Shown here piece by piece: positions 20,046 through 30,358 of a DNA stretch of 64,000 nt; positions within the stretch are counted from its first letter, which is position 1; the number at the start of each line of letters is the position of its first letter. This DNA is from Bryobacterales bacterium (lineage in GTDB: Bacteria > Acidobacteriota > Terriglobia > Bryobacterales > UBA6623). The position numbers were made by a program, and so were the translations under genes. Under the pieces are notes generated by a model. The model was given only the letters and a program-made list of their open reading frames with translations. It searched no databases and was not told the DNA's origin. The stretch covers positions 2,144,001 through 2,208,000 of the forward strand of contig OY729428.2 of the NCBI GenBank assembly GCA_963422375.2, read 5' to 3'.

Positions 20046-20600
20046 ATGGCACCGTTCCGGCTGCTCGCTGCCGCCGCGGCGGCCTGCTGGGCACTGATCC
20101 CGCTGGTACCGATGCCGGTCGTGGACTGCCCGTGTGATCATGCCGATCCCGAGAGCCTGTCCCCCCGGGTGTGCAGCCTCTGCGGCACTGCCGAAGAGGC
20201 CTCCGAGGAGATCTACTTCCTGAAGGACATCAATCCACACAAGCCCAACCGCTACCTCGCGCTGCCCAAATCTCACGGAAGCGGCTTCCAGTCGACCGCG
20301 CATCTTCCGAGCGAGTCGCGGGCACGCCTGTGGCAACGAGCTGCGGAGCGAGCTGAGAACATTTACCCGGGCCGCTGGGGCCTGGCTCAGAACAGCCATT
20401 TCTTTCGCACGCAGTGCCACGCCCACATTCACATCGGTCCGCTCAGCCCCGAAGTCGAAGACACCGGCGGAACGCTGTACGAGTCAGTCGGCGAATTCCC
20501 GAACGTGGGCCCGGAGCAGGGAATCTGGGTCCACCCCAAGAACAGAGCATTCTGCCTGCATCTCGACCGCGACCTAGCCGAGGTCGTCCTGGTGCGCTGA
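20046..20600 (+). CDS. Exported HIT-like protein resembling CDP-diacylglycerol diphosphatase (Cdh)
   Basis: Signal-like N-terminus; YLALP..GSGFQS and LAQNS..RTQCHAHIHIG resemble the Cdh NS..RTQ.H.HIHI motif. Confidence 0.55.
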   Translation: MAPFRLLAAAAAACWALIPLVPMPVVDCPCDHADPESLSPRVCSLCGTAEEASEEIYFLKDINPHKPNRYLALPKSHGSGFQSTAHLPSESRARLWQRAAERAENIYPGRWGLAQNSHFFRTQCHAHIHIGPLSPEVEDTGGTLYESVGEFPNVGPEQGIWVHPKNRAFCLHLDRDLAEVVLVR

Positions 20601-20677
20601 GGTCTCGGGCGTTCGCGAGCGCCCCGCCGGCACATCCCCCCGGCGGGGCTAGGAGGCGTCGCGGTCACCGAGGGCGG

Positions 20678-20707
20678 GCGCCGAGGATGCGCCGAGGATG
20701 CGCCGAG
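20678..20707. repeat. Short tandem repeat (gcgccgaggat) x ~2.7
   Basis: Read directly from the intergenic sequence. Confidence 0.6.
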
Positions 20708-21187
20708 ACTGCATACCGGCCGATCCGAGGCATCGCAGTCTCCCGACCCTGCGCACGGGCTCTGAGACACCTCCATCGACCGTGCGATCGCTAAGCGCCC
20801 ACCAGCAGTCTGGTGTCGCCATCGAACTGATCTAAGTCCTTACAAAACAATCACATGAATTAGCATACATGAAGTCGATCATAGAGTCTTCCAGGACGTA
20901 TCCGAGTTGGATGGCCTCCCTTGTCAGCTCGTTGCGCACGCGCTGGGCGAACGTCAAGCCTGGCGGCGGGAAGGACTTCGCCTGCTAGCGGCACAGCACC
21001 CGACGAACGCTGCCGGGAGCGATTCAGTCTCCGACGGGATCTGCCCGCCCCGCCGCAGTCGAGCCCAAGCCGGCCGTTAGGGACCGAGATCGAGGTCCGG
21101 GCGCGCGCCCGTGCCGGGTCCCTGCATCCCGGCATCCGGAGTCCCAGCCCACCGAGATCGAGCCTCAGCGCTGGACGCGGGCCGAGC

Positions 21188-22189
21188 TCAAGGCGCTTCC
21201 CAGCTTCCGCTGGCCGCCGATCGGAACACGGCGTCGACGATCCGCATCCCCTGCACGGCATTCTCGAGAGGGAACTCCAGCGGCTCGCCCGTTCGGATCG
21301 CCGTCGACATGACCTCGCCTTGCGCCGTGTACTGGTCCGTTACCGGCAGCTCGTCGACCACGACTCCCGCGTTCCCGAGCTGCGAGCCGTCGTCCAGAAA
21401 GATGCGACACGGCCTGTCCGGAGGCGCGTTGAACGGAATCTCGATCTCGATCCGCCCGCCCGTTCCTAGAGCCTGGATGCGCTGGAAGGGTGTGATCTGG
21501 GTCGAGCAGGTGAACGTGGCATGCCCGCCGGGGAAATCGAGCATCGCCGACGTCAGGCGATCGATGTGCCAGTCCGGATCGCGCTCGATCAGGCTGATGA
21601 CGCGCGTCGGTTCCGATTCGAAGAGAAAGCGCGCCCCGGTGATCGGGTAACAGCCGATGTCGTAGAGACCACCGCCGCCGATGTCAGCGATATTGCGGAT
21701 ATTGCGCGGATCCCTGTTGTTGTAGCTGAAGAAGCCCTGCACAGCGCGCAAGTCGCCGATCTTGCCGGACCGTACGATCTCCCGCGCCCTGAGCCATTGC
21801 GGGTGGTAGCGCACCATGAAGGCTTCCTGGACCAAGACACCGGACGCATCACGCGCTTCGACCAAGGCGTGGGCTTCCGCGGCGTTCAGGGCGAGCGGCT
21901 TCTCGCAAAGGACGTGCTTGCCTGCTTGTGCGGCCTTGACCGAAAGCGGCACGTGCAGGTGGTTCGGCAGCGGGTTGTAAACGGCCTCGATGTCCGGGTC
22001 GGCCAGCAGCTCCTCGTACGAACCGTAAGCTCTCGGGATCCCGAGGGAAGCCGCGGCGCTGCGAGCCCGGGCCGAGTCGCGCGACGCGATGGCCGCGATC
22101 TCGCACGAATCGGCCCGCTGCATGGCGGGAATCACCTTCTGCAGACCGATCTTCGCGGTGCTGAGAATCCCCCACCGGACTGGTTCCAC
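21188..22189 (-). CDS. Gfo/Idh/MocA family oxidoreductase
   Basis: WGILSTAKIG, GKHVLCEKP, GGGGLYDIGCY. Confidence 0.9.
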   Translation of the reverse strand: MEPVRWGILSTAKIGLQKVIPAMQRADSCEIAAIASRDSARARSAAASLGIPRAYGSYEELLADPDIEAVYNPLPNHLHVPLSVKAAQAGKHVLCEKPLALNAAEAHALVEARDASGVLVQEAFMVRYHPQWLRAREIVRSGKIGDLRAVQGFFSYNNRDPRNIRNIADIGGGGLYDIGCYPITGARFLFESEPTRVISLIERDPDWHIDRLTSAMLDFPGGHATFTCSTQITPFQRIQALGTGGRIEIEIPFNAPPDRPCRIFLDDGSQLGNAGVVVDELPVTDQYTAQGEVMSTAIRTGEPLEFPLENAVQGMRIVDAVFRSAASGSWEAP

Positions 22190-22254
22190 GGGATCACCTC
22201 TCGATGCCGTCAGCCAGGAGCGGGCTGCGAGGCCCGGCTCGAGCTAGCGGCCGC

Positions 22255-23067
22255 TCACATGTATCCGCCGGCCGTAGCTGCGGCGGCGGGCTCGCGCAGG
22301 GCCGCGTCCATTTCGGAACGGATGGCTCGGAAGCCGCTGAGCAGCACGGACATGTCGGTCCCGCACACCAAGAACCGCGCTCCGTGGTCGCGTGCGCGCT
22401 GGAGCATCTTGGTATTGCCGAAGTGAACGCCCGGAGCGACGCCGGCGCGGTTGCAGGCGTCCACCATGCGATCAAACGCCGACCAGAATCTCGGATGCTC
22501 GAAGTCTCCTGGAACGCCGAGCGAGACCGAGAGGTCGAACGGGCCGACCATCGTCGCGTCCACGCCCTCGACGGCGACGATCTCCTCGATCGCGTCGACG
22601 CAGCCTTGGGTTTCCATCTGCACCACCACCATGGACTCGCGGTTCGCCGATTCCATTTCGGCCGCGGCGCCCTTGAAGTCGAGGTCGGTGACGATGCTGC
22701 GCAAGCCGTAGCCGCGACGGCCGAGGGGCGGGAACTTCATGGCCGCCACGATCTTGCGGACCTCGTCCACGGATTCGGTGCGCGGGTTGATGATGCCCAT
22801 CGCACCGACGTCGAGCATTCTCGCGAGGAAAAAGTACTCCGCCTGCGGGACGCGGACCAGCGGCACGACGCCGACGGGCTTGGCGACCCGCACGAAGGAC
22901 TGCACGTCGTCGAAGCTGGTCCTTGCGTGCTCGCTGTCGATGAAAAAGAAATCGAGGCCCGCGGCCTGGATGGCGATGACGATCTCCGGGTTGAAGCAGT
23001 CGGTGACGCAGGTCCCGAGGACGCTGCCACCGGCCTGAAGCGTCGCTTTGATGGCGTTCCGTTTCAT
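22255..23067 (-). CDS. HpcH/HpaI aldolase family protein
   Basis: FIDSEH, LVRVP, KFPPLGRRG, VQMET, VGPFDLS. Confidence 0.88.
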   Translation of the reverse strand: MKRNAIKATLQAGGSVLGTCVTDCFNPEIVIAIQAAGLDFFFIDSEHARTSFDDVQSFVRVAKPVGVVPLVRVPQAEYFFLARMLDVGAMGIINPRTESVDEVRKIVAAMKFPPLGRRGYGLRSIVTDLDFKGAAAEMESANRESMVVVQMETQGCVDAIEEIVAVEGVDATMVGPFDLSVSLGVPGDFEHPRFWSAFDRMVDACNRAGVAPGVHFGNTKMLQRARDHGARFLVCGTDMSVLLSGFRAIRSEMDAALREPAAAATAGGYM

Positions 23068-23123
23068 GGGACGACCGCCGATTCTACCAGCGATGCCTCG
23101 GTTCGGCGACCGGCGGAACGGAG

Positions 23124-23200
<77 letters not shown>

Positions 23201-23245
23201 GAGGATTCCGTGCGTTGCACCGGCTACACGGCTACCACTGAACCC

Positions 23246-23254
23246 ATTGTAGCA
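23246..23254 (-). promoter_or_regulatory. Extended -10 promoter for tRNA-Asp
   Basis: TGCTACAAT (TGnTAcAAT) 45 bp upstream of the tRNA. Confidence 0.5.
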
Positions 23255-23387
23255 CAGTTCGGCGCGCGAGCGGGACCCCCACTCACCGCTTCGGGTGACG
23301 CCAACCCTAGTGTAGACTGTCGATACCCAATTTCACCCAATTTCGCGACGCGGCTTCGTGGCCCTTCGCAATGCTACAGGGGGAAGA

Positions 23388-23804
23388 ATGGACAAGAAAA
23401 ACCTGGTCATCTGCGGCTTGGCGGTCTTCGTAGTCCGCCAAGTCCTGGACTACCTCATTCACGGAGTGATACTCGCCGGCGCCTACGAAGCCACCTTCGA
23501 CCTCTGGCGACCCGACGCAGAGATGGCGTCGCTGATGCCGGCCATGTTCGCCGGAGGCCTGTTCTGGTCGTTCGTGTTCGCGTACATCTTCAGCTGGGCG
23601 CGCAGAGGGCCCGGCCTAATGGAGGGGGTCCGCTTCGGATGCATCATCGGGCTGTTCGTTACGGTACCCATTCTGGGGAATTACGTCGTGATGCCAATTC
23701 CGGGATCCCTCGCGCTCAGCTGGTTCGCGTTCGGCATGATCCAGGTCGTGATCTGCGGCGCCGTGCTCTCCTTGGTGTTCCGCCCGTCGACCAAGGCGAA
23801 GTAA
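23388..23804 (+). CDS. Small four-TM membrane protein (DUF1761-like)
   Basis: ATG after a GGGGAAG RBS; four hydrophobic segments; GxxFGxxxGLF pattern. Confidence 0.7.
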   Translation: MDKKNLVICGLAVFVVRQVLDYLIHGVILAGAYEATFDLWRPDAEMASLMPAMFAGGLFWSFVFAYIFSWARRGPGLMEGVRFGCIIGLFVTVPILGNYVVMPIPGSLALSWFAFGMIQVVICGAVLSLVFRPSTKAK

Positions 23805-24063
23805 CGCCCGCCGGAAGCCGGAGGGCCCGGTCCGCCGAATCGCGCCCTCGACCCGGCCGAATCCAGACCGGCCGGCCATCTTGGACGTCGAGTCCATTCC
23901 AAGGCAGCGTGCCTGCAGTGCCGGACAGCGCCGAGGATGGCCGGCGCCGAAGCCGGGCTCCCGCAAGTCGGGTCGCGGGCCAAGCGGCGTTCGCCTGACC
24001 GGCGCCGCGCTTGACGCGACGCAGTGCCCGGCGGGCCCGCGGCCGCTCGGCGGCCGGCGAGCG

Positions 24064-25365
24064 TCAAACGCCGGGCATCGCCTTCTTCAGGGGCCTTAGC
24101 ATGGCGGCGAGCAGTGCCGCGACTGCCACGCACATCAGTCCCAGCACCGCGAAGAACATGGAATGCGGCCAGCGCGTCCAGTACACCCCGATCGCCGTGA
24201 GCTTGTTCCCGACAGCGGTGGCCACGAACCACCCGCCCATCATCGTGCCGCGGTGACGGAAGGGAGCGACCTTCGACACCAGCGAGAGGCCCATGGGCGA
24301 CAGCAGCAGCTCGCCGAGGGTCACTACGCCGTAGGAGGCGATCAGCCAGGCCGGCGACACCTGGTAGGCATAGGGGTCAGCCCCTGTCACGGTGGCCTCG
24401 CCGACGCGGGCCGCCCAGTACAGCACGAAGAACGAGAGCCCTGTCAGGAACATGCCCAGCGTCATCTTGGCGGGAGTCGAAGGCTCCCGCCCGAATTGGC
24501 CCAGCATCTTCCAGAACGCGACGAGCGGGAACGAAAGGATCAGGATCCAAGCGGGGTTGATCGCGTTCGAGATCGTTCCCGAGACATCCCAGTCGGTGTT
24601 GTCGTCGGCCCAGTAGGTCAGTGTGGAGCCGTTCTGGTGGAACGCCATCCAGAACACAACCACGATGAGAAACACTACCAGCAAGGCACCGATGCGGCGC
24701 GAGTCGGACACGCTGTCGAGCGCGCTGGAGCCCGCTCCGGCGGGCGGGGCGATGGGAGCGTCCGCTTGGCGCACGTGCTTCCGGTTGAAGTACAGCGTGA
24801 CGACGGAAATCACCATCCCGAAGGCCGCCACAGCGAACGCCGGGTGGTAGCCCGCCCTCTGCTTGACCAGTTCCATCACCACCGGCGCCACGAACGCGCC
24901 GACATTGATGCCGAAGTAGAAGATGACGAAGGCACGGTCCTTGAGCGGGCTGCCGTCGGGGTACAGGTTCCCGACCATCGTCGAGACGTTCGGCTTGAAC
25001 AATCCGTTCCCGACCACCAAGCAGAACAGCGCCACGTAGACGATCGTCAGCGACTTGAAGGAGAGCAGGAGGTGCCCCGCAATGAAGAAGATTCCTCCGA
25101 GCAGCGTCGTCCGCAGGTAGCCGAGATACCGGTCGGCCAGCAGACCGCCTACGAACGGGCTCGCGTAGACGAAGGTGAGGTACCACGAGTACAGGCTGGT
25201 GGCTTCCGCTTCGGTCCAGCCGAAGCCGTCGGTGGCGTCCCTCAGGTACAGGGTGAACAGGGAGAGCATCGAGTAGAAGCTGAACCTCTCCCACGCCTCG
25301 GAGGCGAAGAGGACGTACAGGCCCCTCGGATGGCGCCCTGGCGGAGTCAGTTGGGAATCGAGCAT
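24064..25365 (-). CDS. POT/PTR2 family peptide:H+ symporter
   Basis: HPRGLYVLFASEAWERFSFY, GNGLFKPN, GELLLSPMGLS. Confidence 0.92.
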   Translation of the reverse strand: MLDSQLTPPGRHPRGLYVLFASEAWERFSFYSMLSLFTLYLRDATDGFGWTEAEATSLYSWYLTFVYASPFVGGLLADRYLGYLRTTLLGGIFFIAGHLLLSFKSLTIVYVALFCLVVGNGLFKPNVSTMVGNLYPDGSPLKDRAFVIFYFGINVGAFVAPVVMELVKQRAGYHPAFAVAAFGMVISVVTLYFNRKHVRQADAPIAPPAGAGSSALDSVSDSRRIGALLVVFLIVVVFWMAFHQNGSTLTYWADDNTDWDVSGTISNAINPAWILILSFPLVAFWKMLGQFGREPSTPAKMTLGMFLTGLSFFVLYWAARVGEATVTGADPYAYQVSPAWLIASYGVVTLGELLLSPMGLSLVSKVAPFRHRGTMMGGWFVATAVGNKLTAIGVYWTRWPHSMFFAVLGLMCVAVAALLAAMLRPLKKAMPGV

Positions 25366-25600
25366 GGCACGGCTGGCTATAGGGGCTAATCGGGGCGTCC
25401 CGAGCGCGTCTTCAGGCGGCCAGGCGCTGGCGCCATGTTACCCCACGTCGGCTCCGCGCCGAGTTTCCGGAGCTACCGCTCTCCTGCGCTGGCCGTCTAT
25501 TCGGTTGCTCGGACGGCGGCCCGCCGGCTCCCCTGTGGGAAGATAGGGTTCCGGCGGACGGGGGCCGCTGCCGCGAACCGCGGTGCCGTCGGCGCGGCAG

Positions 25601-26839
25601 ATGGGCTCTCGCTCCTCAATTCGCAAGATCGGAGTGCTTGTCCGCACGTTCCGGTCGTTCCGCTACCGCAACTTCCGCTGGCTGTGGTTCGGGGCGTTCA
25701 CCTCGACAACCGGATTCTTCGTAGCGCAGGTTGCCGAGAGCTGGTACGTCTACCAGAAGACGAGCTCCGAGAGCCTGCTCGGGCTGACAGCCTTCCTGAA
25801 CGGCCTCCCGATCCTCTTGTTCTCCGTGCTGGGCGGCGTGCTGGCAGACCGGATGGACCGACGGCACCTGCTGATCGGCTCGCAAGTGATGCAGATGAGC
25901 GCGGCCCTGGGGCTGGCGATCCTCTTCTCGCTGGAACGCATCGAGATCTGGCACATCCTCGTGGCGGCCTTCGCGGCCGGCCTCGGGCAGGCCTTCGGGG
26001 GCCCGGCTTACCAGGCCCTGATCCCCTCGCTCGTGCCCAAGCGACACCTCCCCAATGCAATCGCCCTGCTGTCGATCCAGTTCAACCTCGCCGGGACGGT
26101 CGGGCGACCCATCGGCGGGGGGGTATTCGACCTGCTCGGCCCGGCGATGTGCTTCTACGTCAACGCGCTGAGTTTCCTAGCCGTGATAGTCTCGCTGCTG
26201 CTGCTGCGGATCCCGTTCGTTCCGAAACCGGGCCAGCCCAACCTGCTGCGCAGCCTGCACGAGGGCTTCCGGGCGATCCACGCCAGTTACGCGCTGCGTT
26301 CCCTGATGCTCCTCGCGGTCGTCACGGCATTCTGCGGGGTGCCGATCGCGCTTCTGCTGCCGGTCTTCGCCCGTGACGTGTACTCCTTGGACGCTGCTGG
26401 ATTCGGCTGGATGGGCGCGGTGCTGGGCGCCGGGGCGGTTGTCGGCGCGCTCAATGTGGCGCGTCTCGGCAATGCCCCGAAGAAGGGCCGCAAGTCGCTC
26501 AACATGCAGGTGTTTCTCGGCGTAACGATCATCGGTTTCGCGCTCGCGCGATGGCTCTGGCTGGGTTCCGTGCTGCTGTTCGTCTGCGGGGGCGCGATCC
26601 TCGCGGTCTTCACCATGGTCACCTCGCTGGTCCAGCTCAACGTGGCGGAAGAGATGCGCGGTCGGATCATGAGCGTGCACAACACCGCATTCCGGGGCGT
26701 GATGCCTCTCAGCAACGTCATCTGCGGCTACACCGCCGAGAAGTTCGGCGCCAGCAACGTCCTGAGCGTCAACGGCGCCATGCTGGTCGTGGTCGCTCTG
26801 GCCTACATGGTCAGCGGCAACGGGGTCAACGCTTTGTGA
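25601..26839 (+). CDS. MFS transporter (MFS_3-like)
   Basis: About 12 TM segments, GGVLADRMDRR motif A, EEMRGRIMS. Start uncertain. Confidence 0.88.
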   Translation: MGSRSSIRKIGVLVRTFRSFRYRNFRWLWFGAFTSTTGFFVAQVAESWYVYQKTSSESLLGLTAFLNGLPILLFSVLGGVLADRMDRRHLLIGSQVMQMSAALGLAILFSLERIEIWHILVAAFAAGLGQAFGGPAYQALIPSLVPKRHLPNAIALLSIQFNLAGTVGRPIGGGVFDLLGPAMCFYVNALSFLAVIVSLLLLRIPFVPKPGQPNLLRSLHEGFRAIHASYALRSLMLLAVVTAFCGVPIALLLPVFARDVYSLDAAGFGWMGAVLGAGAVVGALNVARLGNAPKKGRKSLNMQVFLGVTIIGFALARWLWLGSVLLFVCGGAILAVFTMVTSLVQLNVAEEMRGRIMSVHNTAFRGVMPLSNVICGYTAEKFGASNVLSVNGAMLVVVALAYMVSGNGVNAL

Positions 26840-26936
26840 TCCCGGACCGCGTGCCGCTCGCCGGGGCCCGTGTCTTGCGAAGCGGACGGCCGCTGTCCGG
26901 CTCGTCGTCGTCCCGATCCGAAGTACACTCGATTCC

Positions 26937-27395
26937 ATGAGGAAGCAAGTATCCGTCGAGGAGTTCCGGGCCGCTATCGGCCAAGAGATTGCGGTCAGCG
27001 ACTGGTTCGAGATCAACCAAGATCGCATCAACACCTTCGCGGACACCACCGAAGACCATCAGTGGATCCACGTCGACATCGAGCGGGCAGCGAAAGAGTC
27101 CCCGTTCAAGACCACGATCGGCCACGGCTTCCTAAGCCTCTCGATGCTGTCGCCGATCATGATGGGCACGGTGAAAGTGGCCGGGAACTTCCGGCACGGC
27201 ATCAATTACGGTTTGAATCGCGTCCGGTTCCCGGCGCCGGTGCCGGCCGGAAGCCGCATTCGCGGCCGGATCACTCCGCAGGCCATCGAGGAGCACGCCT
27301 GGGGCGTGCAGACCGTGTGGCTGGTCCACGTGGAGCTCGAGGGGGCGCCGAAACCCTGCGTAGTCGCCGAATGGGTCACTCGGGCCTATCGCTAG
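26937..27395 (+). CDS. MaoC family dehydratase (NodN-like)
   Basis: FADTTEDHQWIHVD, TIGHGFLSLS, NYGLNRVRFPAPV. Confidence 0.9.
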   Translation: MRKQVSVEEFRAAIGQEIAVSDWFEINQDRINTFADTTEDHQWIHVDIERAAKESPFKTTIGHGFLSLSMLSPIMMGTVKVAGNFRHGINYGLNRVRFPAPVPAGSRIRGRITPQAIEEHAWGVQTVWLVHVELEGAPKPCVVAEWVTRAYR

Positions 27396-27655
27396 CGAGG
27401 CTGGGCCTCGGCCCGACGAGGGCCCGGCGCGCGTCCGGAGCTGTCCTCCGGTCGCTGCTCGACTCGGCCGGGTGAACCCGTCGCGAACCGCCGCGCGCTC
27501 GGACGGGGACTGTCGGCAGCCTTAGGGCACTGCCCACGCCCGAGCCACTTGCGCGAGGCCCCCTCGCCGACGGCCGAAACGACAGTCTCCGAGAAGGCCG
27601 GCCGATCGTCGCGTCAACTTGACCCCGGCGTAAACGCTACACCGAGGCCTGCAAT

Positions 27656-30247
27656 CTAGCGACTCGGCTCCAAGTCGCGCCAGTTCGGACCGGTCTTGAT
27701 GTCGGCAACAAGAGGCACATCCAGGTGGGCGGCGGACTCCATCTCGCCCTTGACAAGCGCGCTGACGGTCGCCACCTCGCCCTCGGGCGCTTCGATCAGC
27801 AGCTCGTCGTGGACCTGCAGGAGCATCCGGGACTCGAGGCCGCCCTGGCGCAGGGCGGCGTCCGTGGCCACCATGGCCTTCTTGATCAGGTCCGCTGCGG
27901 TGCCTTGAATCGGCGAGTTCTGCGCGATCCTGGCCGCCAGGCCCCGGGCCGAGGCGTTCCTGCTGTCGAGGTCCGGCACGGGCCGCCGACGGCCGAACAG
28001 CGTGCGGCTGTATCCGGTTTCCCGGGTGCTCTCGACCACCTCGCCGAGGAATGCCTTGATAGTTCCGTACCTCTCGAAATACAGGTCGATGTATTCGCGG
28101 GCGTTACGCTGCGGGATGCCTAGCTGCTTGGCCAACCCGAACGGGCTGAGACCGTAGATGATGCCGAAGTTCACCGCCTTCGCCTTGTAGCGCTCGTCGG
28201 GGCCGACCAGCTCGGGGGCGACGCCGAGGACCTCCGCTGCGGTGCGCGCGTGGATGTCGGCGCCGCTGTGGAATGCATCCAGCAGCTTCGGATCTCCGGA
28301 CATGTGCGCCAGCACGCGCAACTCGATCTGCGAATAGTCCGCAGCCACCAGCCGCCAGCCGGGGCGGGCCGTGAACGCCTTCCGTATCTCGCGCCCGAGT
28401 TCCGTCCGCGCGGGAATGTTCTGCAGGTTCGGACTGAGCGACGAGAGCCGTCCGGTCGCCGACCCGGTCGGGTTGAAGGTCGTGTGGAGGCGGCCGTCGG
28501 GGCCCACCATATCGGGCAGCACGTCGACGTACGTGTTCTTCAGCTTCGTGTGCTGGCGCCAGTCCAGCACCATCGACGCGATTGGGTGGCGGCTCGCCAG
28601 GCCCTCGAGGATGTCGGAAGCGGTCGAGGGAGCCTTCGTCTTCCCGCGCCTCGGCGGCTGGGGCAGGCCAAGGTCGCCGTACAGAACCTCGCCCAGCTGC
28701 TTTGGCGAGCCGATGTTGAACGAACGACCCGCCAGGTCGTGAATCTCCGAGCCGAGATCCGAGATGCTCCCGGCCAGACGGGCCGACAGGTCCTCCAGGA
28801 CCGCGCGGTCCAGCAGGACCCCGACGCTCTCCATGCGGGCCAGCACCGGAGCCAGCGGGAGCTCGATCGTCTCGTAGATGTCGCGCAGTTCGGCCTCGTC
28901 CAGTTCCTTGCGGAGCTGCTCGCGGAGCGTTCTCGTCTGGTGCGCGGCGAGCGCGGCGTCGGGCTTCCACGGGACCCCCAGCCGGCGTTCGACGGTCTTC
29001 TGCAAGGAATAGTTGGTGCGGCTGGAGTCGAGCAGGAAGGCCATCAGCATCGTGTCGTCCGAAGCGTCCGGGCACTCGCCGCCGAAATCCCGGAACGCGT
29101 GAATCGCCGACTTCCAGTCATGCACGGCGACCTCGCGCCCGCTCGCTTCCAGCAACGGCTTGATACCGGTCGCGAGATCTCTAGGAGCCACCCATGCCTC
29201 GCCCTCCCGGTCGCAGAGCCCGATGACCCCGGACTCACCGCTCCGGGCCGGCTCGCCCGCGTGGTCCGGCACCGCTATCGACACGGTCCCGTCGGACCCT
29301 TCCAGCCACTCGGCGAGCCGCTCGGCCGACTTGAACTCTCCGATGTTCGCGGCGGCGGCGGCCTGTCCGGCCGACGCCTCCAGCGTGCTGGCGAGGCTGT
29401 TGAACTCGAGCTCGCGGTAGAGCGCGAGCAGGCCCTCGCTGTCCGGATCCGCGTGCTTTAGCGCGCCGAGGTCCAGATCCAAGCTGCCGCCTAGGTCGAG
29501 CGACGCCAGGCGCTTGCTCAAACGGATCTGGTCGGCGTTGTTCTGCAGGCTCTCCCTGTACGCCTTCCGCCGCACTTCGGCTGCATGCGCGATGATGCTC
29601 TCGATGTCGCCGTAGGCCTCGATGAGCTGCTTGGCGCCCTTGTCGCCGATTCCGGGCGCGCCGGGGATGTTGTCGACCGCGTCGCCCTTCAGCGCCAGGA
29701 AGTCGGCGACGTGCCGGGCCTTGACCCCGAGGTAGGCCTCGACCTCGGCGTCCCGGAACTCCCTTGCGGTCATCGGGTTCAGCATCACCACGCCGTCGCG
29801 AACCAGCTGCATCAGGTCCTTGTCCGAGGAGACGATCCAGACCTCCAAGTCCCCCGGGCCGGCTTGGAGGGCAAGCCGGCCGATCGTGTCGTCGGCCTCG
29901 AATCCGTCCTCGGCGAGAACCGCTACGCTCCAGGCCTCGAGCAGCCTGCGGATATACGGCAGCTGGGTGGCCAGGTCCTCCGGCATGCGGTCGCGGTTCG
30001 CCTTGTACTCCGGGAATATCCGCTCGCGAAAGGTCGGTCCGCGCCCCTCCCAGACGGCCGCGATGTAGTCGGGGCGGTGCTCCTCGAGCAGCCGCTTGAG
30101 CATGTTGTTGAAGACGTAGACAGCCTCGGTCGGAAGGCCCGCCGACGTTCGCAGGCTCGGCACGGTCGCCCGGGCGCGGCCGTGGTAGGCGCGAAAAATC
30201 AGGCCAAAGGTGTCGACAAGGAACAGACGGGGGGGGATCAGGCTCAC
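27656..30247 (-). CDS. polA: DNA polymerase I
   Basis: 5'-3' exonuclease (FEADDTIG, GDAVDNIPG), TGRLSS..PNLQNIP, DYSQIELRVLAH, KAVNFGIIYG, QVHDEL. Start set at GTG 30247. Confidence 0.96.
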   Translation of the reverse strand: MSLIPPRLFLVDTFGLIFRAYHGRARATVPSLRTSAGLPTEAVYVFNNMLKRLLEEHRPDYIAAVWEGRGPTFRERIFPEYKANRDRMPEDLATQLPYIRRLLEAWSVAVLAEDGFEADDTIGRLALQAGPGDLEVWIVSSDKDLMQLVRDGVVMLNPMTAREFRDAEVEAYLGVKARHVADFLALKGDAVDNIPGAPGIGDKGAKQLIEAYGDIESIIAHAAEVRRKAYRESLQNNADQIRLSKRLASLDLGGSLDLDLGALKHADPDSEGLLALYRELEFNSLASTLEASAGQAAAAANIGEFKSAERLAEWLEGSDGTVSIAVPDHAGEPARSGESGVIGLCDREGEAWVAPRDLATGIKPLLEASGREVAVHDWKSAIHAFRDFGGECPDASDDTMLMAFLLDSSRTNYSLQKTVERRLGVPWKPDAALAAHQTRTLREQLRKELDEAELRDIYETIELPLAPVLARMESVGVLLDRAVLEDLSARLAGSISDLGSEIHDLAGRSFNIGSPKQLGEVLYGDLGLPQPPRRGKTKAPSTASDILEGLASRHPIASMVLDWRQHTKLKNTYVDVLPDMVGPDGRLHTTFNPTGSATGRLSSLSPNLQNIPARTELGREIRKAFTARPGWRLVAADYSQIELRVLAHMSGDPKLLDAFHSGADIHARTAAEVLGVAPELVGPDERYKAKAVNFGIIYGLSPFGLAKQLGIPQRNAREYIDLYFERYGTIKAFLGEVVESTRETGYSRTLFGRRRPVPDLDSRNASARGLAARIAQNSPIQGTAADLIKKAMVATDAALRQGGLESRMLLQVHDELLIEAPEGEVATVSALVKGEMESAAHLDVPLVADIKTGPNWRDLEPSR

Positions 30248-30358
30248 TAGCGACTCAGTGTAGTGCTTCGCTCGGTCTCCCGGCGGCGGCAGGGCGTCCC
30301 TCGGACCTTCCTCCAGCCTGGGTGCAATACTAGGATGTAGGAGATTCTCGCAGCAGTC

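Noticed and set aside
28900..29350. PolA 3'-5' exonuclease domain appears to lack its catalytic acidic motifs
   Set aside because: An inactive proofreading domain is common in bacterial Pol I and is not novel.
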